In this document: positions 20,715 to 31,782 of the stretch, in pieces | Numbering within the stretch: position 1 is the stretch's first letter | How the letters are laid out: every line of letters begins with the position of its first letter | From: an uncultured Methanomicrobiaceae archaeon | GTDB taxonomy: Archaea; Halobacteriota; Methanomicrobia; Methanomicrobiales; Methanoculleaceae | Assembly: GCA_963826525.1 (NCBI GenBank) | Contig: CAWGXH010000004.1 | Location: 1,120,001-1,184,000, forward strand | Length of the DNA: 64,000 nucleotides | Reading direction: 5' to 3' | Made by a program: the position numbers and the translations under genes | Notes under the pieces: generated by a model | Database searches by the model: none | The model's input: only the letters and a program-made list of their open reading frames with translations | What the model was told of the DNA's origin: nothing

Positions 20715-21787
20715 TTCCAACTGGAGGACTCTTCCCGATAACCGGGATAATCGCCATCTTCCTGATTATCGTCATCGTCATCATCTTCGCGCAGGGTGTG
20801 GTGATCGTCCAGCCGTACCAGCAGGGTCTCGAGATCCGGCTCGGCCAGTACATCGGCAGAATGAACCCGGGTTTCCGGTGGGTTATCCCGCTCGTCACCG
20901 TGGTCGAGAAGCTCGACCTGCGAACCGAGGTGATGGACGTCCCGTCGCAGGAGGTGATCACCAAGGACAACTCGCCGACGAACGTCGACGCGATCGTCTA
21001 CGTGCGGGTGATTGACCCCGAGAAGGCGTTCTTCGAGGTGATGAACTACCGGTCGGCGACGGTGGCGCTCGCCCAGACGAGCCTGCGCGGTATCATCGGG
21101 GATATGGAGCTCGACGAGGTGCTCTATAACCGTGACGTCATCAACGCACGCCTGCGGGATATCCTCGATCGCGAGACGGATGCCTGGGGCGTGAAGGTCG
21201 AGCGGGTGGAGATAAAAGAGGTCGACCCCGTCGGTGCCGTCAAGCAGGCGATGACCGAGCAGACCGCTGCCGAGCGTGAGCGTCGTGCGGCGATCCTCCG
21301 TGCCGACGGCGAGAAGCGCTCCGCCATCCTGCGGGCTGAAGGAAACCGTCAGAGCATCATCCTCGAGGCTGAGGGTGAGCGGCAGAGCAAGATCCTGCGT
21401 GCCGAGGGCGATCGGTTGAGCACGATCCTCCGGGCGCAGGGAGAGGCGCAGGGGCTGCGTATCATCTCGGTCGGTGCGAAGCCGCTCGACCGGCGGGCGA
21501 TCACCGTCCTCTCGCTCGATGCACTCAAAATGATGGCCGACGGGCAGGCGACGAAGATCATCTTCCCGTTCGAGATCTCGAGCCTGGTGAAGCAGATCTC
21601 GTCGTATCTCGGTGCCACGGAAGAACTGCCCGGGGTGACGGAAGGGACGGCGGTACTCGACGAGAGCATTCTCGGCGAACTTCCGAAGGAAGAGGAGATC
21701 GAGGGTGTCAAGGAGGCGGCGAAGGAGATCGGGGCGGATCTCACCGCGGATATCACGGCGACGCCGGGTGTTGTACCCGAAAAATGA
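20711..21787 (+). CDS. SPFH/band 7 (stomatin/QmcA-like) protein
   Basis: QEVITKDN, QTSLRGIIGDMELDE, WGVKVERVEIKEV, AERERRA. Confidence 0.93.
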   Translation: MIPTGGLFPITGIIAIFLIIVIVIIFAQGVVIVQPYQQGLEIRLGQYIGRMNPGFRWVIPLVTVVEKLDLRTEVMDVPSQEVITKDNSPTNVDAIVYVRVIDPEKAFFEVMNYRSATVALAQTSLRGIIGDMELDEVLYNRDVINARLRDILDRETDAWGVKVERVEIKEVDPVGAVKQAMTEQTAAERERRAAILRADGEKRSAILRAEGNRQSIILEAEGERQSKILRAEGDRLSTILRAQGEAQGLRIISVGAKPLDRRAITVLSLDALKMMADGQATKIIFPFEISSLVKQISSYLGATEELPGVTEGTAVLDESILGELPKEEEIEGVKEAAKEIGADLTADITATPGVVPEK

Positions 21788-21803
21788 AAGAAGGGGAGTA
21801 ACT

Positions 21804-23103
21804 CTAGAAGAGGTGCAGGAGGTAGGGGAGCGCGATCAGCGAGATGAGCATCAGGAACATCACCCAGGCTGACGCTGCTCACCACCGGGTTCGTGAACCG
21901 GGAGAGGCCGCGCCATGCAAGGACGCGCTCGACCCCTTCCCGCATGATATAGCCGCCGTCGAGCGGGACCATCGGGATGGCGTTGAAGATGCCGACGTTG
22001 ATGTTGATCCAGCCCACCCAGAAGAAGAGCTGAACGACCTCCCAGAACGCCGGGAACGGCGTCTGGTAGTACGCCTGGTCGGGCGTATCGAAGGCGAGGA
22101 TCCGGAGCATCTGGCCGCCGTAGCTCGTATCGAAGGGGATGGTAATGATCTGGAGGAAACCGATCGGACTCGCAAGTCCTTGAACCGTCTGGATCACGGC
22201 GGGGGCATCGTAGTAGTAGACCCCCATGAACCCTGAGGTATGGTCGCCGAGGTCATCCGGCCATGCCGAGAGGACGAGCGTATACTGCTGCTCGGTTCCG
22301 CCCTCTGTTGCGGTCAGCGTGACCTGGTCGCCGGGCTGTGTGCCGGCGAGAATACGGGAGATATCTTCGCGGCTCGAGACGTCGATCCCGTTGACTTCGG
22401 TGACGACCGACCCCGGCGGAACGCCGGCGATCGCAGCGGGATAGTCCTGGTAGACCCCCTGGATCACCGGCGTCTCCGCAGGCACGGCAAGCCCGGCGAC
22501 GGCGATCATCAGGAGCAGAGAGATGACCCCGATGACGATGTTGTTCGTAATCCCGGCACCGAACATGCGCGCTTTCGGGAGCCCCCGGGCCTTCTCGACA
22601 TCCTCCTCGTCGGGCTCGACGAAGAACCCGATCGGAATGACGGCGATGAGCGCTCCGACGCTTCTGACCCTGATATCCTCGACGCGGCAGAGGACTCCGT
22701 GACCGAACTCGTGGATAGCGATCGTGAGAATGAAGGCTATCCAGACGGCGAATGTCGAGGGGACGAACTCGTTGATCCCCGGCAGCAGCAGGATATTCTG
22801 CGGCTCGTAGATCCCGGTCGGTTCGGGCTGCAGGATGAGGGTGATCTGGAGCGAGAGGAAGAGCATGAGCGAGATGAAGATCGAGACCAGCACGACCATG
22901 CCGACGCCGAATGTCCCGTATATCCGGAGCAGCGGGGTCGCCCGCCTGAAGATGTCGAAGAACCCGACGTTCGAGCTCTTGACGGCCATGATGGGGCCGT
23001 AAAAGGAGATACGGTCCGCAAACAACCCTTTCCGGCGCACATATCCGGCTATCAGGAGGTAGGCGGCAAGGAGAAGAATGAGTATCTGCAACCAGCTCAT
23101 CAT
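21804..23103 (-). CDS. Site-2 protease (M50) with PDZ domain (frameshift ~21868 near C-terminus)
   Basis: HEFGH, FNAIPMVPLDGG, PDZ-like PAAIAG; corrected end ...PYLLHLF* with TAG at 21804-21806. Confidence 0.9.
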
Positions 23104-23167
23104 ATACTCTAGGCATGGGTGCGCCTTAAGCCTTGCCGGAGGTCTCGGCGCTGCATCGCCATACTCT

Positions 23168-23794
23168 TCAGAACTCGACGATACTTCGCTGATAGAGGTT
23201 CGTTACCGTTTTCCAGGTCTTTCGGGCACAGGCGGGAGGCAGACCGTGTTCCTTCATGTAACCCTTGAGAAACCCTATGGTCTTCTGATCCGACGGGTAG
23301 CCGCTCCCGATATCGCCGTACTCCGGTGTGAGATCGCGTATCGCCCGGTCACGGGTAACCTTGGCGACGATGCTCGCCGCTCCGACGATCTTGTGCACGC
23401 TATCGGCATGGTGCTCGGCGACGATGCGGCAGGGGAAATCGAGGTGAGCGCCGACCGTCCGGCCGAAACGCTCTGCGTTCACGTCGCAGGCGTCGAGGTA
23501 TGCGCATTCGGGGCGAAGGCCGGCGAGCGCCGCGGCGTGGAGTTCGGCGACGCAGGCGTTCATGCTCATCCTGCTTCTGGTCTCGTCGATCTCTGCGGCG
23601 TCGATGGTGATGACGGCGACGGCAAAGTCCCGGACGATCACCTCGTAGAGGCGCTCCCGCTGCTTTGCCGAGAGGTCTTTCGAGTCCCTGACGGGAAGCG
23701 CCTCGAGGTCGTCGAGCGATCCGCACCCGACCGCCGCGACGACCATGGGGCCGAGCACCGAGCCCTTTCCCGCTTCGTCCACCCCGCAGATCAC
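23168..23794 (-). CDS. rnhB: Ribonuclease HII
   Basis: GVDEAGKG, DSK, AASIVAKV.RD, GSGYPSD. Confidence 0.95.
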   Translation of the reverse strand: MICGVDEAGKGSVLGPMVVAAVGCGSLDDLEALPVRDSKDLSAKQRERLYEVIVRDFAVAVITIDAAEIDETRSRMSMNACVAELHAAALAGLRPECAYLDACDVNAERFGRTVGAHLDFPCRIVAEHHADSVHKIVGAASIVAKVTRDRAIRDLTPEYGDIGSGYPSDQKTIGFLKGYMKEHGLPPACARKTWKTVTNLYQRSIVEF

Positions 23795-23852
23795 AGTATA
23801 CAGACGTTTCTTTCGGAAGGTATTTTAATGCTCATGATGGAATCGAGATGGA

Positions 23853-24530
23853 ATGTACACTATTATCGTTGGCCTCGGCGGCATCGGGCGGAACCTCACT
23901 GCGATTGCGGTTGAAGCCGGTGACAGCGTGGTCGTCATCGACCAGGACGAAGCCCGTGCCAGCGACATTCTCGAACACTACGATGTTCTTGCCATCACCG
24001 GGAACGCCACCGACAAGTCGGTTCTCGAGGATGCGGGGATCGAGCGGGCGGATGCGCTCGTCGCCACGACGAGCGACGATGCGGTGAACCTGATGACCTG
24101 CTGGCTTGCGAAACGCTACAATGTCATGAACGTCGTCTCGATCGTCAACCAGAAGGCGCACTCCGAGCTCTTCAAAGAGGTCGGGGTGAAGATCAGCGAG
24201 AACCCCGACGAGCTCGTGGCCACCCGGATGTACTACTGGGCGAGGAATCCGAACATGCAGCAGCTGGCATCCATTCCCGGCGGTACGATCTTCGAGATCG
24301 TCGCGGAAGAGGGAGCCCCGATCGTCGATCACGAGATCCGCGAACTTGACGTCCGTGATTTCGTCTTCATCGCCATCCGGCGTGCCGGGGGCGACCTGAT
24401 CATCCCGAGCGGCACGGTCAGGATCCGGCCCGGGGACAACATTACGGTGTTTACGAAAAAAGATGCCGAGAATGAGACGCTGAAACTGCTGAACAAGCAG
24501 GCTCAAGCGCTCAGGCGATTGAATTTTTGA
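23853..24530 (+). CDS. trkA: TrkA family K+ uptake NAD-binding protein
   Basis: [12 protein letters not shown]...AGIERAD, RCK-C with IIPSG. Confidence 0.88.
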   Translation: MYTIIVGLGGIGRNLTAIAVEAGDSVVVIDQDEARASDILEHYDVLAITGNATDKSVLEDAGIERADALVATTSDDAVNLMTCWLAKRYNVMNVVSIVNQKAHSELFKEVGVKISENPDELVATRMYYWARNPNMQQLASIPGGTIFEIVAEEGAPIVDHEIRELDVRDFVFIAIRRAGGDLIIPSGTVRIRPGDNITVFTKKDAENETLKLLNKQAQALRRLNF

Positions 24531-25707
24531 GTGCCCGGAGTTCGAGGAGCATCTTCGGGTTCCGCTTGATCAGTTCCATGATGATTGTCGAGACCTTGAA
24601 CTCCTCCATATTGATATTGGCAAGCGACCCGGCGAGGTCGTTGAGCTTCGCATCGTCGAGCGTGATGAAGTAGTCCTTGACCTTGTAGTTCCGCTCGAGC
24701 GTCTTGCCCATGTAGGATGCACGCCACGCCGTGTCGTACTTCATCAGGGCGTCCTTCGTGCAGGTATCCGCCGAAACGCACTCCGATCCGACCTGTCCTG
24801 CCATTCTGCCGGTGAACATCGCGTTGAAGATACCGCCGCCGGTGATCGGGTCGACGACCCGTGCCGCATCTCCGACAATCATGAGGCCGTCGGCCACCGT
24901 GCACGGGAGCGGTTTGCAGATCGAGACGCCGCCGACGATATGCTCGATGATCTTACCCCCGGGGAAACGCTCGGCGACGAACCGGTCGAGGTAGTCCCGT
25001 GCCCTCGTTCCGTCCCTGCTCTGCCGTCCCGAGATGCCGATACCGACGTTTGCCGTCCGGTCGCCCTTCGGGAAGACCCAGAGGTAGCCTTCGGGGGCGA
25101 TCTCCCTGCCGAGATAGAAGTCCGTGGATATGGGGTCGATCGGGATATCGGTCATGAGGTACTGGACGCAACTCATCATCTCAGCGAGCGGCACGGTGGT
25201 GTTCAGCCCCGCCCAGCGTGCGAACTTTGACTCCACGCCGTCGGCGGCGATGACGAGATCGGCCGAGACGTCCATGGCCCGACCGGCGGAGATGACCTTC
25301 GCACCCTTGACGGCCCCGTCTTTCATGATCGGAGCGACCGCCCGGGTCTTGACCTGCACGTCCGAGCCCGCTTCGGCGGCACGCCAGACGAGTTCGCGGT
25401 CGAAGACCTTCCGGTCGAGGATATACCCGACCTCGTTGCCGGCACGGCTCTGGTCGAGGCTGATGGTGGAACCGTTCGGCGCGATGATCCTGGCGCGCTG
25501 GAGATCCGCCGAGATCCAGCGTTCATCGGGCTCGATGAAGTCTTTGAGCAGTTCTTTGCCGATCCCCTCCGCACACCGGACGGGCGTGCCGATTGCCGGC
25601 CGCTTCTCGATGAGGCAGACCGAGTGCCCGGCCTCGGCGGCAGTCTTTGCCGCGAGTGCTCCGGCCGGCCCGCCGCCGACGACGAGGATATCGTAGTTAC
25701 TCTTCAT
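24511..25707 (-). CDS. Digeranylgeranylglycerophospholipid reductase (geranylgeranyl reductase family)
   Basis: [30 protein letters not shown]...PITGGGI; ferredoxin gene directly upstream. Confidence 0.92.
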   Translation of the reverse strand: MKSNYDILVVGGGPAGALAAKTAAEAGHSVCLIEKRPAIGTPVRCAEGIGKELLKDFIEPDERWISADLQRARIIAPNGSTISLDQSRAGNEVGYILDRKVFDRELVWRAAEAGSDVQVKTRAVAPIMKDGAVKGAKVISAGRAMDVSADLVIAADGVESKFARWAGLNTTVPLAEMMSCVQYLMTDIPIDPISTDFYLGREIAPEGYLWVFPKGDRTANVGIGISGRQSRDGTRARDYLDRFVAERFPGGKIIEHIVGGVSICKPLPCTVADGLMIVGDAARVVDPITGGGIFNAMFTGRMAGQVGSECVSADTCTKDALMKYDTAWRASYMGKTLERNYKVKDYFITLDDAKLNDLAGSLANINMEEFKVSTIIMELIKRNPKMLLELRALKNSIA

Positions 25708-25873
25708 GGACAACCTCCAGAGCTCCGAGCGGGCATGCCCGTGCACAGATGCCGCAGGAGATACAGTCTCCTTCGAGGCTGAGGTAGGCGTCGATCAGCT
25801 CGAGCGCGCCCTCGGGGCAGACTGCAACGCAGCAACCGCAGTATCCACATATATCTCGGTTTATGGTGAGCAT
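25697..25873 (-). CDS. 2x[4Fe-4S] ferredoxin
   Basis: [12 protein letters not shown] and [12 protein letters not shown]. Confidence 0.9.
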   Translation of the reverse strand: MLTINRDICGYCGCCVAVCPEGALELIDAYLSLEGDCISCGICARACPLGALEVVHEE

Positions 25874-26058
25874 CGGTATCATGTTGTTGTTGCACTTCCA
25901 AAAACTTTTACTTTGATTATCGGATGGACGTGGTTTTTGTACCGTCTCCGGGCTCATGCGCCGCCCCCTTCATACGGGAAAACCGGTGTGAAACGGGGTG
26001 ATATCGGTATCTCCGGCATATCAGTAGACATATTAGCTTCCACGTTCCATAATTCAAA

Positions 26059-26090
26059 GAATTAATCGTTAACTCAAGTTATATTTATCT
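26059..26090 (+). promoter_or_regulatory. Putative TATA box (TTATATTTAT, 26079-26088) with upstream imperfect palindrome, cbi operon
   Basis: AT-rich element ~20-27 nt before the cbiT ATG; GAATTAA-tcg-TTAACTC at 26059-26075. Confidence 0.4.
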
Positions 26091-26105
26091 TACGCAAGGG
26101 ATTCT

Positions 26106-26639
26106 ATGGGATTGAAGGGTGGACCTACGCAGGATGAAGTTATGGCCGTTTCCCTCCGGAAACTCGGCATCCGGTCCGGAGATCTGATTGCCGATATCGG
26201 CTGCGGAACGGGTAAGGTCTCCGTTGCCGCGGCGGAGCTGGCGGAACGGGTCTACGCAGTCGACCGGAGAGCGGAGGCTATCGCCTATGCGAGGCAGACG
26301 GCAGCAGAGGCCGGTGCAGTGAATATCGATTTCTTTGAGGGCGATGCGGTGGATTTCCTGTCGGGGATAGACCGGATCGACTGCGCATTCGTCGGGGGCT
26401 CCGGGCGTCTTCCGGAGGTGCTCGACCTCCTCTCCGGGAAGGTGCGCCGGACGATCGTGGTGAACGCCGTCATGGTCGAGACGCTTGCAGAAGCGATCCG
26501 CAGCATGAAACGGCTCGGGATCTTCCGTGAAGCCGTCCACCTGCAGGTATCCCGGTCGGCGGAGATCGCCGGCGGCGTGATGTTCAAACCGCAGAATCCC
26601 GTCTATATCATCGTGGGAGGCGGGGCACCGTGCTCGTAG
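26106..26639 (+). CDS. cbiT: Cobalt-precorrin-6B C15-methyltransferase (decarboxylating)
   Basis: GGPTQDEV, DIGCGTG, FVGGS, NPVYII; first gene of the cbi operon. Confidence 0.9.
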   Translation: MGLKGGPTQDEVMAVSLRKLGIRSGDLIADIGCGTGKVSVAAAELAERVYAVDRRAEAIAYARQTAAEAGAVNIDFFEGDAVDFLSGIDRIDCAFVGGSGRLPEVLDLLSGKVRRTIVVNAVMVETLAEAIRSMKRLGIFREAVHLQVSRSAEIAGGVMFKPQNPVYIIVGGGAPCS

Positions 26640-27248
26640 GCGTCGGGCTCGGGCCGGGAGATCCGGAACTCCTCACCCTGCGCGCGGTGCGCCGGCTCCG
26701 GGAGGCGGATGCGGTCTATGTCCCGGGAAAGCTCGCGTACCGAGCTCGTCCGGCCGTACCGCGACGACGCGGAGATCCTGGACTTTCCGATGACCAGCGA
26801 CGAAGTGTATATCCGGGAATGTATGGGTAGGAATGCCGAGAGGATTGCCCCTGCGGCGGAGGAGGGGCTTGCGGTCTTCGGGATCATCGGCGATCCGAAC
26901 TTCTACTCGACCTTCTCCCGTCTCTGCGAGATCATCGCAGAAAAGCACCCCGGGATCGAGTTCTCCACCGATCCCGGGATCAGCTCCATAACCGCCTTTG
27001 CATCGGTGGCGGGCGTCCCGGTGGCGGGCGGGTTTATCGTCTCCGACGGCCCGGAGCCCGGTTCCCGGATCTTCATGAAAGTCCGGCGGCCCGCAGAGAT
27101 GGCGAGGGAGCTCCGGCGGGACGGGTATACCGAGTTCGTCCTCGTCGAGCGGATGTTCATGGACGGGCAGCGGGTCTACCGCTCGAACGACCTTCCCGAG
27201 ACGAGCGACTACTTCAGTATCATGTTCGCGAGGCGATCGCATGAATAA
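26630..27248 (+). CDS. cbiL: Cobalt-factor II C20-methyltransferase (frameshift ~26741)
   Basis: [38 protein letters not shown]. Confidence 0.88.
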
Positions 27249-27958
27249 AATATACATCGTCGGTGCCGGCCCGGGAGCCCCCGACCTGATAACGGTGCGC
27301 GGGATGCGCCTCCTCGAGGAGGCGGACGTCCTCATCTACGCGGGCTCGCTCGTGAACCCGAAGACTCGTGGAGCGGTCGGGTGCACCCGTAAAACTCGAC
27401 AGCTGGGGCATGACCCTCGACGAGCTCGTCGACGCCATGGCGGAGCACGCGACCGCGGGAAAACGAGTCGTCCGGCTGCACTCGGGAGATCCGGCGCTCT
27501 ACGGGGCGATCGTCGAGCAGATGGCGAGGCTCGCCGCCCGGGGCGTCGAAGCCGAGATCGTCCCCGGCGTCTCCTCGCTCTTCGCCGCGGCCGCCGCACT
27601 CAAGACGCAGTTCACCCTCCGCGACGTCTCGGAGAACCTGATCGTCGCCCGGCCGGCGGGCGCCACCCTTGAAACGGACCAGATCCGGGAGCTCTCCCGG
27701 CACGGCTCGACGATGGTGGTCTTCCTCGGCACCGAGAAGATGGAGGAGGTGCTCGCGAAGGTGGAGTATCCTCCCGAGACGCCTGCGGCGGTCGTCTACC
27801 ACGCGTCCTGGCCCGACCAGAAGATCGTCCGCGGAACGGTTGCGGATATTGCGGAGAAAGCCCGCAGTGCGGGTATCGAGCGGACCGCCCTCATCATCAT
27901 CGGCAAAGTCGTCGACCCCGAAACCTCGGGATTCGGGAGGTCGGTCCTCTACTCATGA
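27241..27958 (+). CDS. cbiF: Cobalt-precorrin-4 C11-methyltransferase (frameshift ~27364)
   Basis: [43 protein letters not shown]. Confidence 0.9.
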
Positions 27959-28827
27959 CCGATACGGTCGTCATCGCGCTGGACCGTTTCGAAGATGCCG
28001 CCCGCCGGATTGCAGCAGATCTTCCGGCAGATCTCATGCTGTACAGCCCCGATGCGTTCGGGACGGCGTTCGGCCGCTATAAGCGGATAGTTGCCCTGAT
28101 GTCCGCGGGCATCGCGGTGCGGCAGATCGCGCCGCTCCTCGCCGACAAATGGCGTGACCCGGCGGTCGTGGTCGTCAGCCCGGATCTCCGCTACGCCGTC
28201 CCGGTCATCGGCGGCCACCACGGCGGCAACGACCTTGCCCGTGCCCTCGCGCGGCTCGGTATCGAACCCGTGATCACCACCGCGACCGAGGTCTTCGGGC
28301 GGGAGTCGGTGGAGGGCATCGCAGAGCGAGCCTCCTGCGACGTCGTGAACCGGAGCTCGACGCGCATGGTCAATGCAGCGCTGCTCGACGCCGATGTCCC
28401 GCTCTATGCCGTTACCGGACCCGGGATCGTGGTCGCCGGGCCCGGTGTCTCCCTCCTCGTTCGGAAGGGGGAGTACGTGGTCGGCGTCGGGTGCCGGAAG
28501 GGCGCGAGCGCCGACGCGGTCACTGCAGCGGTGCAGGAAGCGTTTCGAACAGTCGGGATCACCTCCGAAGACGTCTTCGTCTACGCGACGACGGTCAAGA
28601 AGAGGAACGAGGCAGGCCTTCTGAAGGCCGTCGAAGACCTCGGCGGGAACCTGGTATTCGTCGACGATACGACGATCAACGCCGAGCAGGATATCGCCCC
28701 CTCGCGAGCGTCGCTCATCGGGCTTGTCGGGGTTGCCGAGCCGTGCGCCCTCGTCGTCTCGAAGCGAAGAGAACTGATACTGGAAAAACAGATATATGGA
28801 AGTGTTACCGTTGCAGTCGCACGATAG
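27955..28827 (+). CDS. cbiG: Cobalt-precorrin-5A hydrolase
   Basis: GIAVR.IAP, DPAVVVV, GGHHGGN, GVGCRKG, GVAEP. Confidence 0.92.
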   Translation: MTDTVVIALDRFEDAARRIAADLPADLMLYSPDAFGTAFGRYKRIVALMSAGIAVRQIAPLLADKWRDPAVVVVSPDLRYAVPVIGGHHGGNDLARALARLGIEPVITTATEVFGRESVEGIAERASCDVVNRSSTRMVNAALLDADVPLYAVTGPGIVVAGPGVSLLVRKGEYVVGVGCRKGASADAVTAAVQEAFRTVGITSEDVFVYATTVKKRNEAGLLKAVEDLGGNLVFVDDTTINAEQDIAPSRASLIGLVGVAEPCALVVSKRRELILEKQIYGSVTVAVAR

Positions 28828-28828
28828 A

Positions 28829-29595
28829 ATGGGAGGCCGGCTCTCCATCGTCAGGTACGGGGCCGGGGAACCTGCAGCAGATGACGCCCCGCGCTCTTCG
28901 GGCGATAGCGGAGTCCGATTACGTCATCGGGAATTCCTTCTACCTCGATCTCGTCGAGCCGCTGCTCTCCGGGAAAGAGGTCATCGAGAAGCTCGATGGG
29001 CAGGGAGGTCGAGCGGGCGAAGAAGGCGCTCGAGCTGGCGCAAGACCACGTCGTTGCCATGGTGAGCGGCGGCGATGCCGGCGTCTACGGCATGGCGAGC
29101 ATCGTCCTCGAGGTCGTCGAGCGTTCGGGTACGAACGTCGCCGTCGAGGTGATCCCCGGCGTGACCGCGGCGCTCTCCGCAGCCTCACGGCTCGGATCCC
29201 CGATCTCCGGGGACTACGTCACCATCAGCCTCTCCGACCTGCTCACCCCCTGGGAGGTCATCGAGAAAAGGCTCGACCTTGCCTTCCGGATGGGCGTGCC
29301 GGTCGCCGTCTACAACCCCAGGAGCAACGGGCGGCCCGAAAACCTCGCGAAGGCCGTGGCGATAGCCGGGCGGCACCTTGCCCCGGCGACCCCGGTGGGT
29401 GTGGTGAAGGACGCCTTCCGGAAGAGTGAAGAGTCCTTGGTGACCACGCTGGAACAGTTCCCGGACAGGTTTGATTTTGTGGATATGCATTCGATCGTCA
29501 TCATCGGCGGCGAAGAGAGCAGATTGTGGAGAATGGATCAGGATGTCAGAGGAATTATCACCCCGCGGGGTTACCACCGGAAATACGTATACTGA
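28829..29595 (+). CDS. cbiH: Cobalt-precorrin-3 C17-methyltransferase (frameshifts ~28853, ~28986)
   Basis: GTGPG, SGGDAGVYGMA, SLSDLLTPW, YNPRS, TPRGY. Confidence 0.9.
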
Positions 29596-30223
29596 TCTCG
29601 GTGCAACCACTCGTGAGGCATACGAGATATCGGTAAAGAGCCGTACGCTCGCCCGAAGCACGGTCGGGAACGAGACGCCTGAAGACCGTATCCGGCAGCG
29701 TGTCTCGGTCGCGGTCGGAGACTTCGCGATGGCGGCTCTCATGCGGTTCGCGGGCGACCCCATCGGAGCGGGCGTGGACGCACTTTCAAAGAATGCGATC
29801 ATCATCACGGATATCCGGATGGTGCAGGTCGGCATCCTGAAGAAAGGTCATACAAGCCCGGTCATCTGTGCGCTCGATTATGGGGAGGATATCGCACGCG
29901 ACCGCGGGATCACCCGGACGTCCGCCGGGTTCCTCGCCCTGCGGGATCGCCTGCCGGGCGCGGTCGTCGTCATCGGCAACGCCCCGTCGGCGCTCCTTGC
30001 GATCTGCGATATGATCCGTGAGGGTATCCGTCCGGCACTCATCGTCGGCACGCCGGTCGGGTTCGTCAATGCGGCAGAGTCGAAAGAAGAACTGCGACGG
30101 CTCGCTATCCCCTCGGTCTCCAACGAGGGTACCCGGGGCGGGACGCCGGTGGCGGTTGCCGCGATGAACGAGATTATTACTATCCACGCCGAGCGTGACC
30201 GTGATGAAAGATCCGGTGACTGA
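29585..30223 (+). CDS. cbiC: Cobalt-precorrin-8 methylmutase (start codon uncertain, possibly ACG)
   Basis: TDIRMV, TRTSAG, IGNAPSAL, PVGFVNAAESK, GGTPVAVA. Confidence 0.9.
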   Translation, partial: TYTDLGATTREAYEISVKSRTLARSTVGNETPEDRIRQRVSVAVGDFAMAALMRFAGDPIGAGVDALSKNAIIITDIRMVQVGILKKGHTSPVICALDYGEDIARDRGITRTSAGFLALRDRLPGAVVVIGNAPSALLAICDMIREGIRPALIVGTPVGFVNAAESKEELRRLAIPSVSNEGTRGGTPVAVAAMNEIITIHAERDRDERSGD

Positions 30224-31213
30224 TTTTTCATACCCCGATACATGGGTCGCGGCCTGCACGGAGCCCGATAAACTGCCCCTCGTCGAGCAGGGGCTCTGTA
30301 TCCTCACCTCGTCGGGGGCGGTGCTCCGCCGGGGCTACACGACCGGTACGACCGCGGCGGCGGCGTGCAAGGCGGCAGTCCTCTCTCTTTCGAGGCAAGA
30401 GGTCGCAGAGGTCGGCGTCACTCTTCCCTGCGATCTAACGGTGACCGTCCCCGTCGACGCCTACCGGGGCACGGCATCCTGTTTCAAAGATGCCGGTGAC
30501 TATCCCGGGGACGTGACGTCCGGACTTGAGTTCTCCGCCTATGCGGTCCGGGCATCGTCGGGGATTCAGTTCGTTCCCGGCGAAGGGATCGGCAGTTTCT
30601 CCCGGGAGACGCCCCGGCATGCCGTGGGCGAGCCTGCGATCAGCGGGACGGCGATGGCGTGCATAGAGCGCTCGATTCGTGAGGCGCTGGACGAGACCGA
30701 GTTGCCCGGGACGACTATCATCTTGAGCATTCCACGCGGAGCGGAGACGGCGCAGCTGACGCTCAATCCCCGGATCGGTATCCTCGGCGGTATCTCCGTC
30801 CTCGGGTCGACCGGTCTTGTCGAACCCTGGGACGATCACCTCGAAGAAGCGGTGCTCGATCGGGTCGCCCGGTCGGAACGGGTCGTGCTGACGACCGGCA
30901 GGCTCGGTCTCCGGGTACTCGAGGCTCCTCTTTCCGGAGTATGAGGCGGTGCTTGTGGGAAACCGGATCGGCGAGGCGCTTGGATGTGCGCGGGGCGAGG
31001 TCATCCTCTGCGGCCTCCCCGGCCTGATCATGAAGTTCATAAACCCTGAGATCCTCTCGGGAACCGGATACGCGACGGTCGAGGAGCTCTCGCTCTCGGA
31101 GGGGTGGCAGAAGGTTATGCAGCGTGAACTCGCCGGCTTTTCCGGGCGGCAACCCCACTCTCCGGGTGGTCATCGTCGACCGTGACGGCGCAATCCTCGG
31201 GGAGACTCAATGA
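30204..31213 (+). CDS. cbiD: Cobalt-precorrin-5B C1-methyltransferase (frameshifts ~30914, ~31150)
   Basis: [36 protein letters not shown]. Confidence 0.9.
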
Positions 31214-31782
31214 AGATCGTCGGGACGGGCTGCGGACCGGGGATGCTCACCGAGGCGGCTATCGCCGCTATCAGGGAAGCACGGCTCATCTACGGCTCCG
31301 ACCGTGCGATCGCCCTTGCCCGCCCCCATATCCCGGAAGGCTGCGAGGTGCGGACGATCGCCGACTACAAAAGGCTCCGGGAGCTTCCTGCCCATGCCGT
31401 CGTCCTCTCGACGGGCGACCCCATGCTTGCGGGGCTCGGCTACCTCCCGGGCGAGGTGGTGCCAGGCATCTCCTCGCTTCAGGTGGCCTTCGCCCGTCTC
31501 CGTCTTCCCCTTACCCGTGCGGCGGCCGTCGCCGCCCACGGCCGCGATCACGCCCACGCCATCGAGGCGGCGGGACGCGAGGTGAACCGCGGGAAGATCG
31601 TCTTCCTCATCGCCGACCCGGCGTTCTCCCTTCCGGAACTGATGCGGGCTCTCCCGCCCGCGACGAAGATCGCCGTCTGCGAGAACCTTGGCTATCCCGA
31701 CGAACGGATCGCCCTCGGCACGGCGGCAGAGCCCCCGGCCTGTACGGCGGAGCTCTACGTCGTGGTTGCCGGAGACTTTTAA
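31210..31782 (+). CDS. cbiE: Cobalt-precorrin-7 C5-methyltransferase
   Basis: VGTGCGPG, STGDPMLAG, PGISSLQ, ENLGYPDE. Confidence 0.88.
   Translation: MKIVGTGCGPGMLTEAAIAAIREARLIYGSDRAIALARPHIPEGCEVRTIADYKRLRELPAHAVVLSTGDPMLAGLGYLPGEVVPGISSLQVAFARLRLPLTRAAAVAAHGRDHAHAIEAAGREVNRGKIVFLIADPAFSLPELMRALPPATKIAVCENLGYPDERIALGTAAEPPACTAELYVVVAGDF

Noticed and set aside
21349-21803. C-terminal extension of the site-2 protease overlapping the SPFH gene
   Set aside because: Artefact of the frameshift at ~21868; the corrected frame stops at 21804.
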